From assembly GCF_006345805.1 (NCBI RefSeq), contig NC_043012.1, forward strand, positions 20,150,001 to 20,214,000: DNA of 64,000 bases, given 5' to 3'. The position numbers and the translations under genes were made by a program. The DNA is from Octopus sinensis. Lineage: Eukaryota. Every line of letters starts with the position of its first letter. Position 1 is the first letter of the stretch. Below are positions 25,494 to 38,043 of the stretch, in pieces. The notes under the pieces were generated by a model, which made no database searches, had not been told where the DNA came from, and worked only from the letters and a program-made list of their open reading frames with translations.

Positions 25494-25990
25494 TTGTAAT
25501 CAATAATAATAATCAAGATTAACACATTAATCATTAATTCAGGATTACATAATACAAATGTCGAAACTACCCGTCGCAAACAATTGTTTACGAGATGTCT
25601 CCCCCCCAACTCTCTCTCTGTATTAGTTGTTATATATATATATAGGTAAAACAACATAAATATCATGAGAGGATAAGTGGCAAACAGCTGGAATGTTGTG
25701 ATGTAATAACATAATGATAAGAGCAGTGAATAAATGTAATGGCGTGCGACAAAAACAAATTATATTTGAAAAACGGAAAAAGCAGTGTGCACAGGTAACT
25801 GTACACCGATTAAAAGAAAGAGAAATGTAAAATGAACTTACGTTTCAGTGGAAACTCTTAGCAATGTAACGAGCAAAACTGATGCTAGAAACAAACACGC
25901 AAAGGAAACGAAGTTTACGTCTTTAAGTGAAGGCAATAACCGGAGTAGTTGGAGTGAGGCGTATGAGCTTATCAAGTATTAAGAGTAATG
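25494..25990. repeat. Local direct duplication, copy 2
   Basis: Matches 21507-22045; the donor is conserved (25840-41) and the acceptor AG is shifted by 1 nt. Confidence 0.92.
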
Positions 25991-26190
25991 GAGTTGTTTG
26001 TAACAGTAAGTTTAAAACCTAGATTTATGGGATATGACTTTCTTAATGACTCAATTTTAACATTTATATCTAAACAACGGTGCTCTCTGATATGACATAG
26101 ACAAGAGTCCATTATACATACACAATACGTCATGCATCAACATATATAGATACGTACATATATGTTTGTGTGTGTGTGTGTCTGCATGCA

Positions 26191-26436
26191 CAGGGTTGGT
26201 CAAAACTCACCTGAAAGTAAATAAAAATCATTCAATTCCAAGATCAATGCAAAAAATAATTCTATATGAGACTTTACTAAGAAATAGACCAATGTTGAAA
26301 AATATAAATAAAAAGCTGATTGTAACTCACAACATTCAATTAGTAAACGTTCATAGTGTGAATGAATAATCAAAATTGAATTTGAAGTATTTATGGAAAT
26401 TTGATTTACTGTCGATTGATTTTAGCCAACATTGTC
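26191..26436. mobile_element. Possible Tc1-type MITE
   Basis: Imperfect termini cagggttggtcaaaactca / tgattttagccaacattg. Confidence 0.4.
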
Positions 26437-26506
26437 TATATATGTATGTATATTTAAGTATCTATCTACATATCTATCAATAAATATTTCTCTATCTGTC
26501 TAACTC

Positions 26507-26589
<83 letters not shown>

Positions 26590-26592
<3 letters not shown>

Positions 26593-27025
26593 CACAACGT
26601 TCTCTATGAGACAAGCCCGGTGTGGTTTCAGCTTCCGTCGTTAGAAGCCACTTGATACGACCCTCAGGCATGCATCAGTCTACCGACCGGCATTATTCCC
26701 TTAGATCTTACTTATACGTGGGGCGTCTTTGTTTTGCAGTGTTTGTCCTCTGTTCGTCGAGGTTTGCGATGGCTGAGACAAAGGACCAGCGTGCTTCTGT
26801 AACACTCTCCTTTCTACTAAGGAAAACGTCAGCCGAAACTGTTGTCATGCTTCAAATAGCTTACCAGGATGCTTCTTTGTGCAATACAACTGGTTTCCTC
26901 GCATAAGGAATGGCCACTTGTCGCTTGATAACCAGCCTCGTTCAGGACGACCATCGACGTCCCGAACGAAAATTCACGAACTGATCTTGGAGGAACGTCA
27001 CTGAACAAAATACAAACTTGTTGGT
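26590..27025 (+). pseudogene. Mariner transposase N-terminal relic
   Basis: MAETKDQRASVTLSFLLRKTSAETVVMLQIAYQD..QPRSGRPSTSRT. Confidence 0.8.
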
Positions 27026-27029
27026 ATGA

Positions 27030-27475
27030 CTGGTGTGTCACATGAGGTAGCAGTATTTGAGGTGTGGTCATAAAATTGGGGATTAAAGAGGAATGCTGAC
27101 ACCTTGTTCTTTGGACCGGAATGTTCTTAGGATCCAGGAGCTCAACCTACAAACGAGATTGACCTTAGTGTTGATGTAGGCACTCTGGCTGAGATTGTTT
27201 TATACTATCACTCCTGGGACTCCGATATTATTAGATGCTGTGAGTGGTTCCCCCGAAGGAAGATAAGATGGTTTTTTTAAGCATAATCTTTTTTTCCAAA
27301 ATGCATCAATTCAAATATTCCCTCGTTTTGTCGCATTTTGCTCTTGTTTGCCGATTCACTTACATCATGTAGATCAGACTGGAATTCAGTTCGGTTTTCT
27401 TAATTGATAATTTCCTGGAGCTCAGATTCATCGGCGAATATTTTCATTTTGCTGTGTTTTATGACGCTTGAAATG
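27030..27475 (-). pseudogene. CR1/L2-like LINE reverse transcriptase fragment
   Basis: IKHSKMKIFADE..FQSDL..FELMHFG..GVIV*NNLS..YINTKV..SWILRTF..PHLKYC. Confidence 0.85.
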
Positions 27476-27489
27476 TCGAATGAGAGAAA

Positions 27490-28060
27490 AAAAATCACAG
27501 ATGCAAAAAAAGTGAACACTGATTACACTACGAAAAGTATTAAAAAACCGTTAACAAATATGGATATAAAAACGCCCTCAAGCAAGTTGCAGGGCGCGAA
27601 TACACTCGGTCATACAAGCATCTACGAAAATGTGAGCATAAACACACGTGAGGTTTGGTGCACTCATGATCACAAAGCGAGTTGACTATGTACTTGATGT
27701 TTGTAAGAATGTAGGGTTTGAATTTACGCTTAATTTTTCCATACCTCAAAGTAAATTAAAATATGCTAACGGTTACTCAAAATTTATTCCCATTACCTGC
27801 GTGTAGGCATATTGAGTGTCTTTCAGAAATTCTATTAATGATCTTCTAGTTAGTATACAGAATAGACAGGGAGTCCTCGGAGCAGAGACAGCATCTCCTG
27901 AAAATTATATTGTAATAGTTTTGCGTACCTTGCTTTGGACCATGCTATGCTGTACTTCATTTTATCCTTCTTCAGTCGTTATATAAAATCTTCCAAAGAT
28001 ATTGGATGTCTCTTATTGATTGTCTTTAAATGCTGGCGATCTGGTTAAGATAACGATTCG
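27490..28060 (-). pseudogene. Diverged duplicate of 4325-4905 containing a pseudogenised last exon (27777-27897)
   Basis: RCCLCSEDSLSILYTN*KIINRISERHSICLHAGNGNKF*: premature TAG, 21-nt in-frame deletion, acceptor AG retained. Confidence 0.8.
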
Positions 28061-28892
28061 AAAAGGAATTATCCGACTGTACAATGTAAGCATACGGCCC
28101 TCCCCTTGTGTGGACGGTACATTTATATACAGGATTTGTACTCATACAGAGATTCATCAAAAGGCATTTCGGTTTTTCTCTGCATGAGCATTTATCGCAT
28201 TTATTTCTATATAAGTCAGTCAATTTACCGACGTTCTTACTGCGTTAGATGTATCATAAGTATTTTTACTAATACCATTTGGTTGTAATTGTTGTTTGTC
28301 ATTGCGGTTTACATCTCCTTGGTCAGTACTTAGTAACATATGTTCGCTAGATCCAGCAGGTAGGTTACTGAACCTTTGTCCCATTTTGCTATGTTTTATG
28401 CGATGCATAAGCTGCTCTAAATTAGCAGATTTGGTGTAGGTATCTTCACGGTGTGGCAATTAGAAATAGCATGTTACCGATTAGATTTAGGAAAATATTT
28501 GTAGAAAACCGCAAAACATTTTCTGGCGATCTTGGTTGAAACATGCGAACCGAAAATCATCTTGAACCAGAGAACATCTTGATTCCTATATCTGCTGCTT
28601 TGCTACGTCATGCTGTTCCTTAACGTAAGAATTTAAATAAGACAATACTAAATTACTTGAAAATAATTAGTATAAGATATTGGACGTCTGGTCAATTGCA
28701 TAGTATTTCAGATGATTGTTGTTCCTGAATATATTAATGGAGGCATGATTCTATTTTTGATGTGTAAAATATATTTACTTAGCATTCAAACTAAAATATT
28801 TGCAGTGAATTTATAACTGATAATTTTAACCTCTATTTCACACTTACTCGTAGCGTCTTTGGCTATGATTTTATTCGCTGATGTACGAGAGA

Positions 28893-29063
28893 GACAGTCG
28901 ACTCACTTGCTATTGGAGTGTGACCATCACTGAGATGTATCTTATTCCTCCTTCTTTGTATAGATTTCTTTTTCTAGTGACAGTCGACTCACTTGCTATT
29001 GGAGTGTGACCATCACTGAGATGTATCTTATTCCTCCTTCTTTGTATGGATTTCTTTTCTAGT
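28893..29063. repeat. Tandem duplication, 2 x ~86 bp
   Basis: gacagtcgactcacttgctattggag...ttttctagt repeated with ~2 differences. Confidence 0.95.
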
Positions 29064-30072
29064 GCAATAGCATATAAAACCAGCAAATGACTTGCATATT
29101 TTGTTACAAATGGGGTATGTATTGTCATGTCTTACAAGTCATTGATTTCTCTGTTCGCTACCTTCACTTTGTATTTTCATGACTTATGAGGCGCCATCGG
29201 CTGAAGCATTCCATACCGCATAGATTGTATATTGGATAAGCTACTAAAATTTACTTGCATATATGTATTTATATGTGTCCAGATTCCTGTCACAGAAACG
29301 CGATCAGAGTCTACACAGGTTGTGTTTTAGAGGATATATCATTTCTAACACTCGTAATAATGCATCGGGATTTAGAAATAAAAGTAGAAAATATCGAAAT
29401 TAGATGGAACATCAAAATTAACATTAAAATTAGAAAGAGAATGAAGGTAAAATATGTATGAATATTGCTGTACGCTCTTACCATAATTTTAAATTCAACA
29501 AATATAACCTATTGTAATTAATTAAACTAATAATTATTTACTGTTTAATCACTGTGCAAAAAGCATTGAAAAATAAAATTTTTGTAAATATTTCATTAAT
29601 TTGCAGTTGAAAGTCAAACGTCTAAGGTACCTCTGAAACTAATCACATAATTAATACTCACTTTGTGTGTTTGAATTCAAAATTATGAAACTGTTATAAT
29701 TAGAATAAATTATCGAAATGAGAAAACTATGCTGAAAAAAAAATTAGATAAAATTAAATAAAATATACATGTTAATCATACATATTCTATGATACATATC
29801 TCGGCATATGTATATGTAAATGATTAAAATTCCAGATAATGTTCTTTCCACGCACAGCGATTACAAAAGTTCTGTAAAATTTTATAAATCCCTGGTTAAA
29901 CTTTAAATCGCTGGTCAAAAGTGAAATATTTGCAACAGTTATTTCTACAGAGCAAAACCCCTGTAGTGTTGCCACAATTTGGAATCAAGTTTATCCCTGC
30001 GTCGATTTCTATCTTTTTCTTCTACAGGAAATGGCATATAGCGTAGATTCCGAGTTCGATTCAAGGCAATGG

Positions 30073-30135
<63 letters not shown>

Positions 30136-30170
30136 TAATAATAATAATATTAATAATAATAATAATAATA

Positions 30171-30727
30171 AAAGCCCTGATGCAGTACCAGGCAGTGGCT
30201 CTCATGGCTTCTGATCTTAACTGATTGGAAGTGTTATCATGTACATTGTTTTGTCTTGGTATAAAAGATGGGCTACAGCAAATATTCTGCTCAATACCAC
30301 AGATTTGCTTGTCAGTTGTTTGACCTTAACCAGTTGAGCATGTCCCTTAGTGGCTGACAATACGTGCATCTCTGATCACGAGCAGAAGTAGTGGGGGAGC
30401 ATCATGGCCATGTGTTGAGAGGGATTCTTTGGAGTTTGAATGGTTCACCTCTGGAAACATAGGTGTTTCGTTCAACATCCTAAGGCAACCCTTATTCAAG
30501 GACCTTTTGAGCAGGATGGGCTACTCAACCTGAAGAAAATTCTAACTGGGCCCCACCTGCAAGGTCATGTGCTGTTTATCTTGATATGAGATCACCATGT
30601 CGCGCACATATGGTTGTGATGCATGTGCCTGGTGTACCTTTATCAGACGGGTAGTCATGATGGGTATATTGGGCTTCGTATATTTTACCCCAGTGTCACT
30701 TTGATGGCATGAACTGCTCTCTCACTC
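30171..30727. mobile_element. ~555-bp non-coding element inserted in (AAT)n
   Basis: GC-richer block with sharp boundaries, (AAT)n on both sides, no ORF or TIR; resembles an abundant octopus repeat (from recall, unverified). Confidence 0.65.
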
Positions 30728-31223
<496 letters not shown>

Positions 31224-31260
31224 TCTTAGGAATGAGGACCCAAGTTCGAAATTTCCTCAA

Positions 31261-31306
31261 GACACCTGATGGAGGCTGGAGGGTACATCAGCCGAAACCT
31301 TGTGTT
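31261..31306 (+). ncRNA. Minimal hammerhead, degenerate copy
   Basis: gacac CTGATGG a ggctg gagggtacat cagcc GAAA cctt gtgtt: stems I and II intact; A9 and stem III altered. Confidence 0.6.
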
Positions 31307-32115
31307 AACAACAAACAAGATGAAGACAAATATCCATGAAATGTAAATAATGTAAATAATGTACTTAATTCCCCATCTCTTAAATATAGAACTGTTTGAC
31401 ATATAAATCTTACATATATCGGGGCATTCATCTTCTATTAAATTTCCTTGTGTTCCAAGTGTAAAAAAGATTATATCTTAGTTATATCTTCCATATATAA
31501 ACATAGACTTCTTTCCGTGCTTACAAGTGAGAATGGCTGATATTTTTTGTACACGTATAAGAAATATTGGTCCTTGTATTTTCAAGCAGCTTTCTTCGTC
31601 AAAACTGTATGACAAATATTACACTGGAATTGCTCGCTTGGTTACTTATTTACCTCTTTACTGAGTGCAGGATGCATATTCTCAAACACAGAGCATATCT
31701 AGATATTACAACTTATAATAATTGAAAATGACTTTATTTCTCTGCTCGGCAGTTGTTTCTTTGATCTTTTTTTTTTAAATTTAGATGTTCTTTATTTGAA
31801 TTATATGTTTCCTTTTACATTGTAGATTAATCAGAAACGGTTCTATTAAGCAATCCAATTAGTCTTAATTGAAAGTTTACTTTTTTTTTTCTTTGATTAG
31901 ACAATCAATATGTAAATTACAGTTTGCTATGGCTGCATGCAATAATCGATTGATACATTTCTGTGCTCTCGACTTGGCCCCTTTCTATCTCCTTATCTTC
32001 TATTTCTCACTCAGTGCCAGTCACTTTATCTTTTATTATCGATTAGATTTTCTCACAGCCGTTAACAATATATGCCTGTAGCTGTACGCACACACGCACA
32101 CACACAAACAAACAG

Positions 32116-32205
<90 letters not shown>

Positions 32206-32933
32206 TTATATATACATACATATGTATATATTTATATCAGCGTATTCAAACTTCTAGAATTTTATTTTAAAAAGTTACTATAATATATTTAATTGAATAC
32301 ATATTAATATATTACTCGAATTTTCTATATACTACTATTGTGACATGAAATTCTTAGAGCCTTATAAGATTTCCTTATGAACAGCATATATTTAATTTTA
32401 TGTTCTACGCACTACCAATAGGCTTGCAAGCAGACATTGGAATTAGTAAAACATTATTTAGTAATGACGTTGGCAAAGTTCTTTATAAGTAACGAGGTAA
32501 CAAAATATTATACACAAATGATAGCGATCAAAAATAAAAATAAGAACAGGAATGTGTCCCTGCACATCGATAAATGTTTTGCATATGCTTCCGGTAGATA
32601 GGCTGAAATTTATGACGTGAAAGTATTTCCTAAACAGAATAGATTACACGATATGAATAAAGTGGTTTCCGACGTTAATGGAAGCTATGCCATTTACGAA
32701 ACAGTTGTGTACTTCAAACAAGCTGAGTGATCAGAAATATAAATGACATTTCTGTAATTACCTGGCATTGAAAGCGTTCACAATCTAATATATCAGATAG
32801 TTTCCCCCTTAGCTAGTTCTCTGCAATCAACTCCAAAGGGATCACAATTAATAAATTTGCTATGCCATCGCCTTATTATGGAATTTGGGTATTTAATGAA
32901 GTAAGAATTAAAATGCCACTAATGAAACGCATG

Positions 32934-33014
<81 letters not shown>

Positions 33015-33136
33015 TGTGTGTGTGTGCGTGCGTGTCTGTGTGCGTGTCTGTGTATAAGGGTAGAAAATTTTGAGAAATTTTGATACCGGTGGCTAGCATG
33101 CGTAATAAAGTCAATAGACATCATATTTTCAAATAT

Positions 33137-33896
33137 GTGTACAAACCATGAAGTATTTATACACACGAAAGAGGTGACCTTTGACAGAAAACCTAACATG
33201 CTAGAAAACGCAGTCAAAATCAAAACCACGAATAGAAGCAATTTAAAAGGGAGTGAAAATAAAAATATTTTTCTAGTTAACCTCAAACTCGAGTATCAGT
33301 GCGCAAACAAATGAATTTGTCATCTGTACTTCATCAGCGTTGTTGCTAAAGTTAATACATATTTATGTAGCTAATACATACCGAAAATACATGTGCTGCA
33401 TACTTATACATTATAATTTTCAAATCTACCGTGCAAGCGCAGTTACATTCGGCAGCAAACAATAATAAAATTAAAACTGCATACCTACATTCCATTCTCT
33501 CCTCATTATATTCGCAGTAAAATTGTCCTAGTTTCAGAACCTTTCGCGTACGCAGTTTTAATTTTATCATTATTTGCTGTCGAATGTAACAGCGCTTGCG
33601 CGGTGGATTTGAAAGCATCACGTATAGGTATGCAGCACTTGTATTTTCGGTACGTATTAACAACATAAATATGCATTAAAATTAGTGATCTCACTGATAA
33701 AGTACAGATGACAAATCAATTTATTTACTCATTAACACAGGCACTCGAGTTTCAGTTTAACTGAAAAAATATTTTTTTTCATTCCCTATCAAATTGCTTT
33801 TATTCATGGTTTGGATTTTGACTGCCCTTTCTAGTATGTAAGGTGTCTTGTCAAACGTCACCTCTTTCGAGAATAAATAATTAATGGTTTATACAC
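33137..33896. mobile_element. Old fold-back/MITE-like element with ~350-bp inverted arms
   Basis: 33137-33487 pairs with 33545-33896 (roughly 80% by eye); contains catgctagaaaacgcagtcaaaa, related to the 25206 MITE terminus. Confidence 0.85.
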
Positions 33897-33918
33897 TACG
33901 ATATATATATATATATAC

Positions 33919-33984
<66 letters not shown>

Positions 33985-33988
<4 letters not shown>

Positions 33989-34160
33989 TAAGCAATAAGG
34001 GTTTAGCAACGAATTGCCTACCACATACCAATTCGTTGCTAAACCCTTATTGCTTAGTATTACTTAATTTTCCTCGAATGAGGCTTTTACATGCCGAAGA
34101 CTACTTGGTGTAATTGATAATTTTTCCAAATTAATTAATTTCACCCTTCATTATTACGGG

Positions 34161-34167
<7 letters not shown>
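33985..34167 (+). mobile_element. Short fold-back plus tail in (TA)n
   Basis: Perfect 32-bp arms 33985-34016 / 34029-34060, 12-nt spacer, ~105-bp tail. Confidence 0.8.
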
Positions 34168-34204
<37 letters not shown>

Positions 34205-35155
34205 TATGTATACACACACACATACACACACTCACAAATATATATATATATAATGTATGTACATACATGTATATACATGTTTTTGATGTTTCCTCTTGAC
34301 GCTCATCTTTTTATTCCATTATTAGAATCAATACGTATCCGTTATTTCTCTGATATGTAAATCAACATTCACATTTTAATTAAAAATAATGGAAATATTT
34401 GCAAAGATTTTGAATAAATTGAAAGGAAAAAACGGAACATTTTTCGCCTTATTTATTCTCCAATTTCAAGTGTTTCATTTTGCGATGGGAATCACAAATT
34501 TTGACATGTCTATTGTGTGACAGTGTAGTAAGTAGCTTGGTTCCATACCACCAGGTGACATACATACATACATTCATACATACATACATACATATATGTA
34601 TACATACGTAACGAGCCAAGGAAGTTCTATTGAGTCCAATATTAAATATTTGTTTTAAAAGTAGTATATCCGTGTCGTCAAAAATGCAGACTTGCATCTG
34701 ATAGAAAATGGTATATCACAACCATTGGAGAAACAATTGATAAATACTAGCAATCGAGTAAATATATGTACGTACACAGAGTCGAAGCACTTGCACAATA
34801 CAGTTATATCGTCTTGGTTGAAAATATTTTCATCCACATAATTTATAAAACGTCCACTTTTCCAAGCTTCCATGCATCAGACACAATTTATACAGCCGGA
34901 TACTTTCCCTGCAGCCAACTCTCACTTGTTCCAAGGACGGTAATATTTCAGGATTCTCGAGCGTGCTTCCATGGTATATTGCAAACAAAGAACAACTGTT
35001 GCTGACAAAGACACTTGCAACTATCACGTGATATGAAGGCACTGGCGATTTTAATACAAACACATCCCCTCACATTGTGTATATGGATTAACACATGCAT
35101 GGATACGCATATATATATGCAGACAGCTATATATAATATACACACATAAGTATAT

Positions 35156-35570
35156 ACTCTCTCTACTCTTTTACTTGTTTCAGTCATTTGACTGCGGTCA
35201 TGCTGGAGCACCGCCTTTAGTCGTGCAAATCGACCCCGGGACTTATTCTTTGTAAGCCCAGTACTTATTCTATCGGTCTCTTTTGCCGAACCGCTAAGTG
35301 ACGGGGACATAAACACACCAGCATCGGTTGTCAAGCAATGCTAGGGGGACAAACACAGACACACAAACACGCAACATACACACATATATATACATATACA
35401 TATATACGACAGGCTTCTTTCAGTTTCCGTCTACCAAATCCACTCACAAGGCATTGGTCGGCCCGGGGCTATAGCAGAAGACACTTGCCCAAGATGCTAC
35501 GCTGTGGGACTGAACCCGAAACCATTCGGTTGGTTAGCAAGCTACTTACCACACAGACACTCCTGCGCCT
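35156..35570 (-). mobile_element. tRNA-derived SINE family A, full length
   Basis: Head (minus strand) aggcgcaggagtg..tggtaag..gggttcagtccc; high identity to 43147-43540. Confidence 0.95.
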
Positions 35571-35697
35571 ATATATTCCTGCGTATATATATACATATAT
35601 ATATATACACACGCATATATATATATATATACATACACACACACGCACACACATACACGCACACATACGCACACGCACACATCACACACACACACAG

Positions 35698-35735
<38 letters not shown>

Positions 35736-36667
35736 TCACATATAATTATTCGCAATTTTACGACCGAAAAGCAATACAACAGAAGTCACTGAAGTGACTA
35801 AGGACACTAGTCTTCACCAGTCAAAACAACTCATAGCCACGACAAAGCACTTATCTTAATGACTGACGAGGGTGGCAAGCTCCCTATAGCATCCGGGTAT
35901 AGCCAGATCACCAGTGATTTCTCATTTTTATTAATCTTATAAACTGAAGGGTTGAATTTAACCCTAGGCACTGGGTTAGAGCCTGGTGAGCAACCCACTC
36001 CATTTAATGTTTGTGAATGTGCTTCACTTCCACTCCGTTTACAATTTAATTTTCCCTTTATCCGCTGTTAGTTTTACTTCCAAAAATATTGTAGAAAATC
36101 ATGATCGTGCATATCACATATACATATTTCGGAGCGTACATGTGTGATACAGCAAATATGCTGAAATGCTGTCATTTACCACAGTAGACAGAAAGAGCCA
36201 AACTTTATATTTTCCTAAATTACAGATAATTTTATAGCTATTATATATTTAAATCTTAGGATATTCGACTTTAGATTTTACTATAGTTGAACATCTACAT
36301 TATTATTTACTTCTCCGGCAGACGTAAGAGTTAAACATAACAAAAAACAGGTGATGAATATTTATAGCACAGACTAATTTGTATAACAGAATTATAATTT
36401 GTTAAGTGATATAACTCAACATTCCATCGCATGAATTTGGATAAAATGAATATTAAAAGTTACTTTAAGCTATATTACAACGTAAATTCCTCATTTGATA
36501 AAACAATTATTGCTTTTAGACTAGCAAATATATTCGGTAAATAATATTTTTATTATGTCGAATACGGTCATGAGTTAGTGTGTAAAATAATTATCTCCAT
36601 ATGCACCATCCACTGAAATAACATATTACATCCTTCACTGAGAGGAGAAATACCTATTTTTTTCATG

Positions 36668-37055
36668 TGGATGGATGGAAGCACTCCGTCGGTTACGACG
36701 ACGAGGGTTCCGGTTGATCCGAATCAACGAAACAGCCTGCTCGTGAAATTAACGTGTAAGTGGCTGAGCACTCCACAGACACGTGTACCCTTAACGTAGT
36801 TCTCGGGGATATTCAGCGTGACACAGAGAGTGACAAGGCCGGCCCTTTGAAATACAGGTACAACAGAAACAGGAAGTAAGAGTGAGAGAAAGTTGTGGTG
36901 AAAGAGTACAGCAGGGATCACCACCATCCCCTGCTGGAGCCTCGTGGAGCTTTAGGTGTTTTCGCTCAATAAACACTCACAACGCCCGGTCTGGGAATCG
37001 AAACCGCGATCCTATGACCGCGAGTCCGCTGCCCTAACCACTGGGCCATTGCGCC
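36668..37055 (-). mobile_element. tRNA-derived SINE family C, full length
   Basis: Head ggcgcaatggcccagtggttagg..ggtttcgattccc; (CCAT)n tail; imperfect TSD ttttttc[a/g]tgt. Confidence 0.93.
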
Positions 37056-37163
37056 ACCACTTTTTTCGTGTAGTGCTTTAGATGTAAAAGTAATATGTTT
37101 TGTTATCTTTCCTTTTTACATCATAAAAGTAACTGTTGCTAATATGTTATAAAATAATGATGT

Positions 37164-37548
37164 AGAGGGGCAGTGGCCCAGTGGTTATGGCAGCGGATTC
37201 GCGGTCATAGGATTGCGTTTTCGATTCCCAGACTGGACATTGTGAGCGTTTATTGAGCGAAAGTACCGAAAGGACCACGAGGCTCCGGCAGGAGGTAGTG
37301 GCGAACCCTACTGTACTCTTTCACCACAACATTCTCTAACTCATTCTTCCTGTTTCTGCTGTATCTGTATTATCAAAGGGCCAGCTTTGTCACACTCTGT
37401 GTCTCGATGAATCTCCCTGAGAAATACGTTAAGTGTCAACATGTCTGTGGAGTGCTCAGCCATTTGCACGTTAATTTCCCGAGCAGGCTAATCCGTTTAT
37501 CTGATCAACTGGAACCCTCGTCGTCGTATTCGACGGAGTGCCACGATT
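37164..37548 (+). mobile_element. SINE family C, second copy, divergent orientation
   Basis: Diverged reverse complement of 36668-37055; 12-bp TSD AAATAATGATGT (37152-63 / 37549-60). Confidence 0.93.
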
Positions 37549-37620
37549 AAATAATGATGTTCAGTTCTTTCAAGTGAGAAAAATTACAGTATATACGAAT
37601 ATAACTAGGCGACCATATTA

Positions 37621-37929
37621 AAGAGGTAAAGACCCCCTTCAGTCATGAATGACCATGGGATTGCACCTAGAAAGTTACCCTCCTAGACACAAGTCCGGGC
37701 AAGGTTGTTTATGGAAGACCAGCAGTCACCCATGCATACCAGCCTCCCCTCTCCACGCCACCGATGTTGCCCAGCTTGGCACCCGTGACGTCGCAACTCA
37801 TTTTTACAGCTAGAGCAACGTGAAATAAAGTGCCTTGCTCAAGAACACAACACGCAGCCCGGTCCGGGATTCGAGCTCACAACCTCAAGATCGCAAGCTC
37901 GACGCTCTAACCACTGAGCCATGCGCCTT
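37621..37929 (-). mobile_element. tRNA-derived SINE family D
   Basis: Head aggcgcatggctcagtggttagagcg..tcgaatcccgg; 7-bp TSD CATATTA; matches 60317-60643 with internal deletions. Confidence 0.93.
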
Positions 37930-38043
37930 CATATTAGTTCATTTATAATAATCTGATTTATTTGGGACTGTGCTTTTTTTTTGTTTTTGGTGGGGTATGT
38001 TCAAATGTTTAAATATTTTCCTCCATTACTCATCTATTTATGT

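Noticed and set aside
27358-27470. GTAAGT donor with upstream reading frame on the minus strand
   Set aside because: It lies within the CR1-like RT relic and contains a stop.
31585-31635. ~29-nt similarity to the predicted ICQHSF|DKK exon junction, suggesting a processed copy
   Set aside because: The similarity does not extend; it reads as well as a decayed FQCNICH zinc-finger-like fragment or chance.
34695-34745. CTGATAGA..aatggt/accatt..GAAACAATTG, and similar weak motifs at ~3760, 9870, 42680 and 53520
   Set aside because: Multiple core defects and no stem I; they could be fossils but cannot be told from chance by eye.
35860-35970. CTGACGA-hairpin and CTGAA-hairpin motifs
   Set aside because: No GAAA, stem III or cleavage triplet follows; insufficient for a hammerhead call.
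36980-37235. tRNA-like sequences with A/B boxes (also 15260, 17950, 37860, 60580)
   Set aside because: They are SINE heads joined to repeat bodies, without a complete acceptor stem; not tRNA genes.
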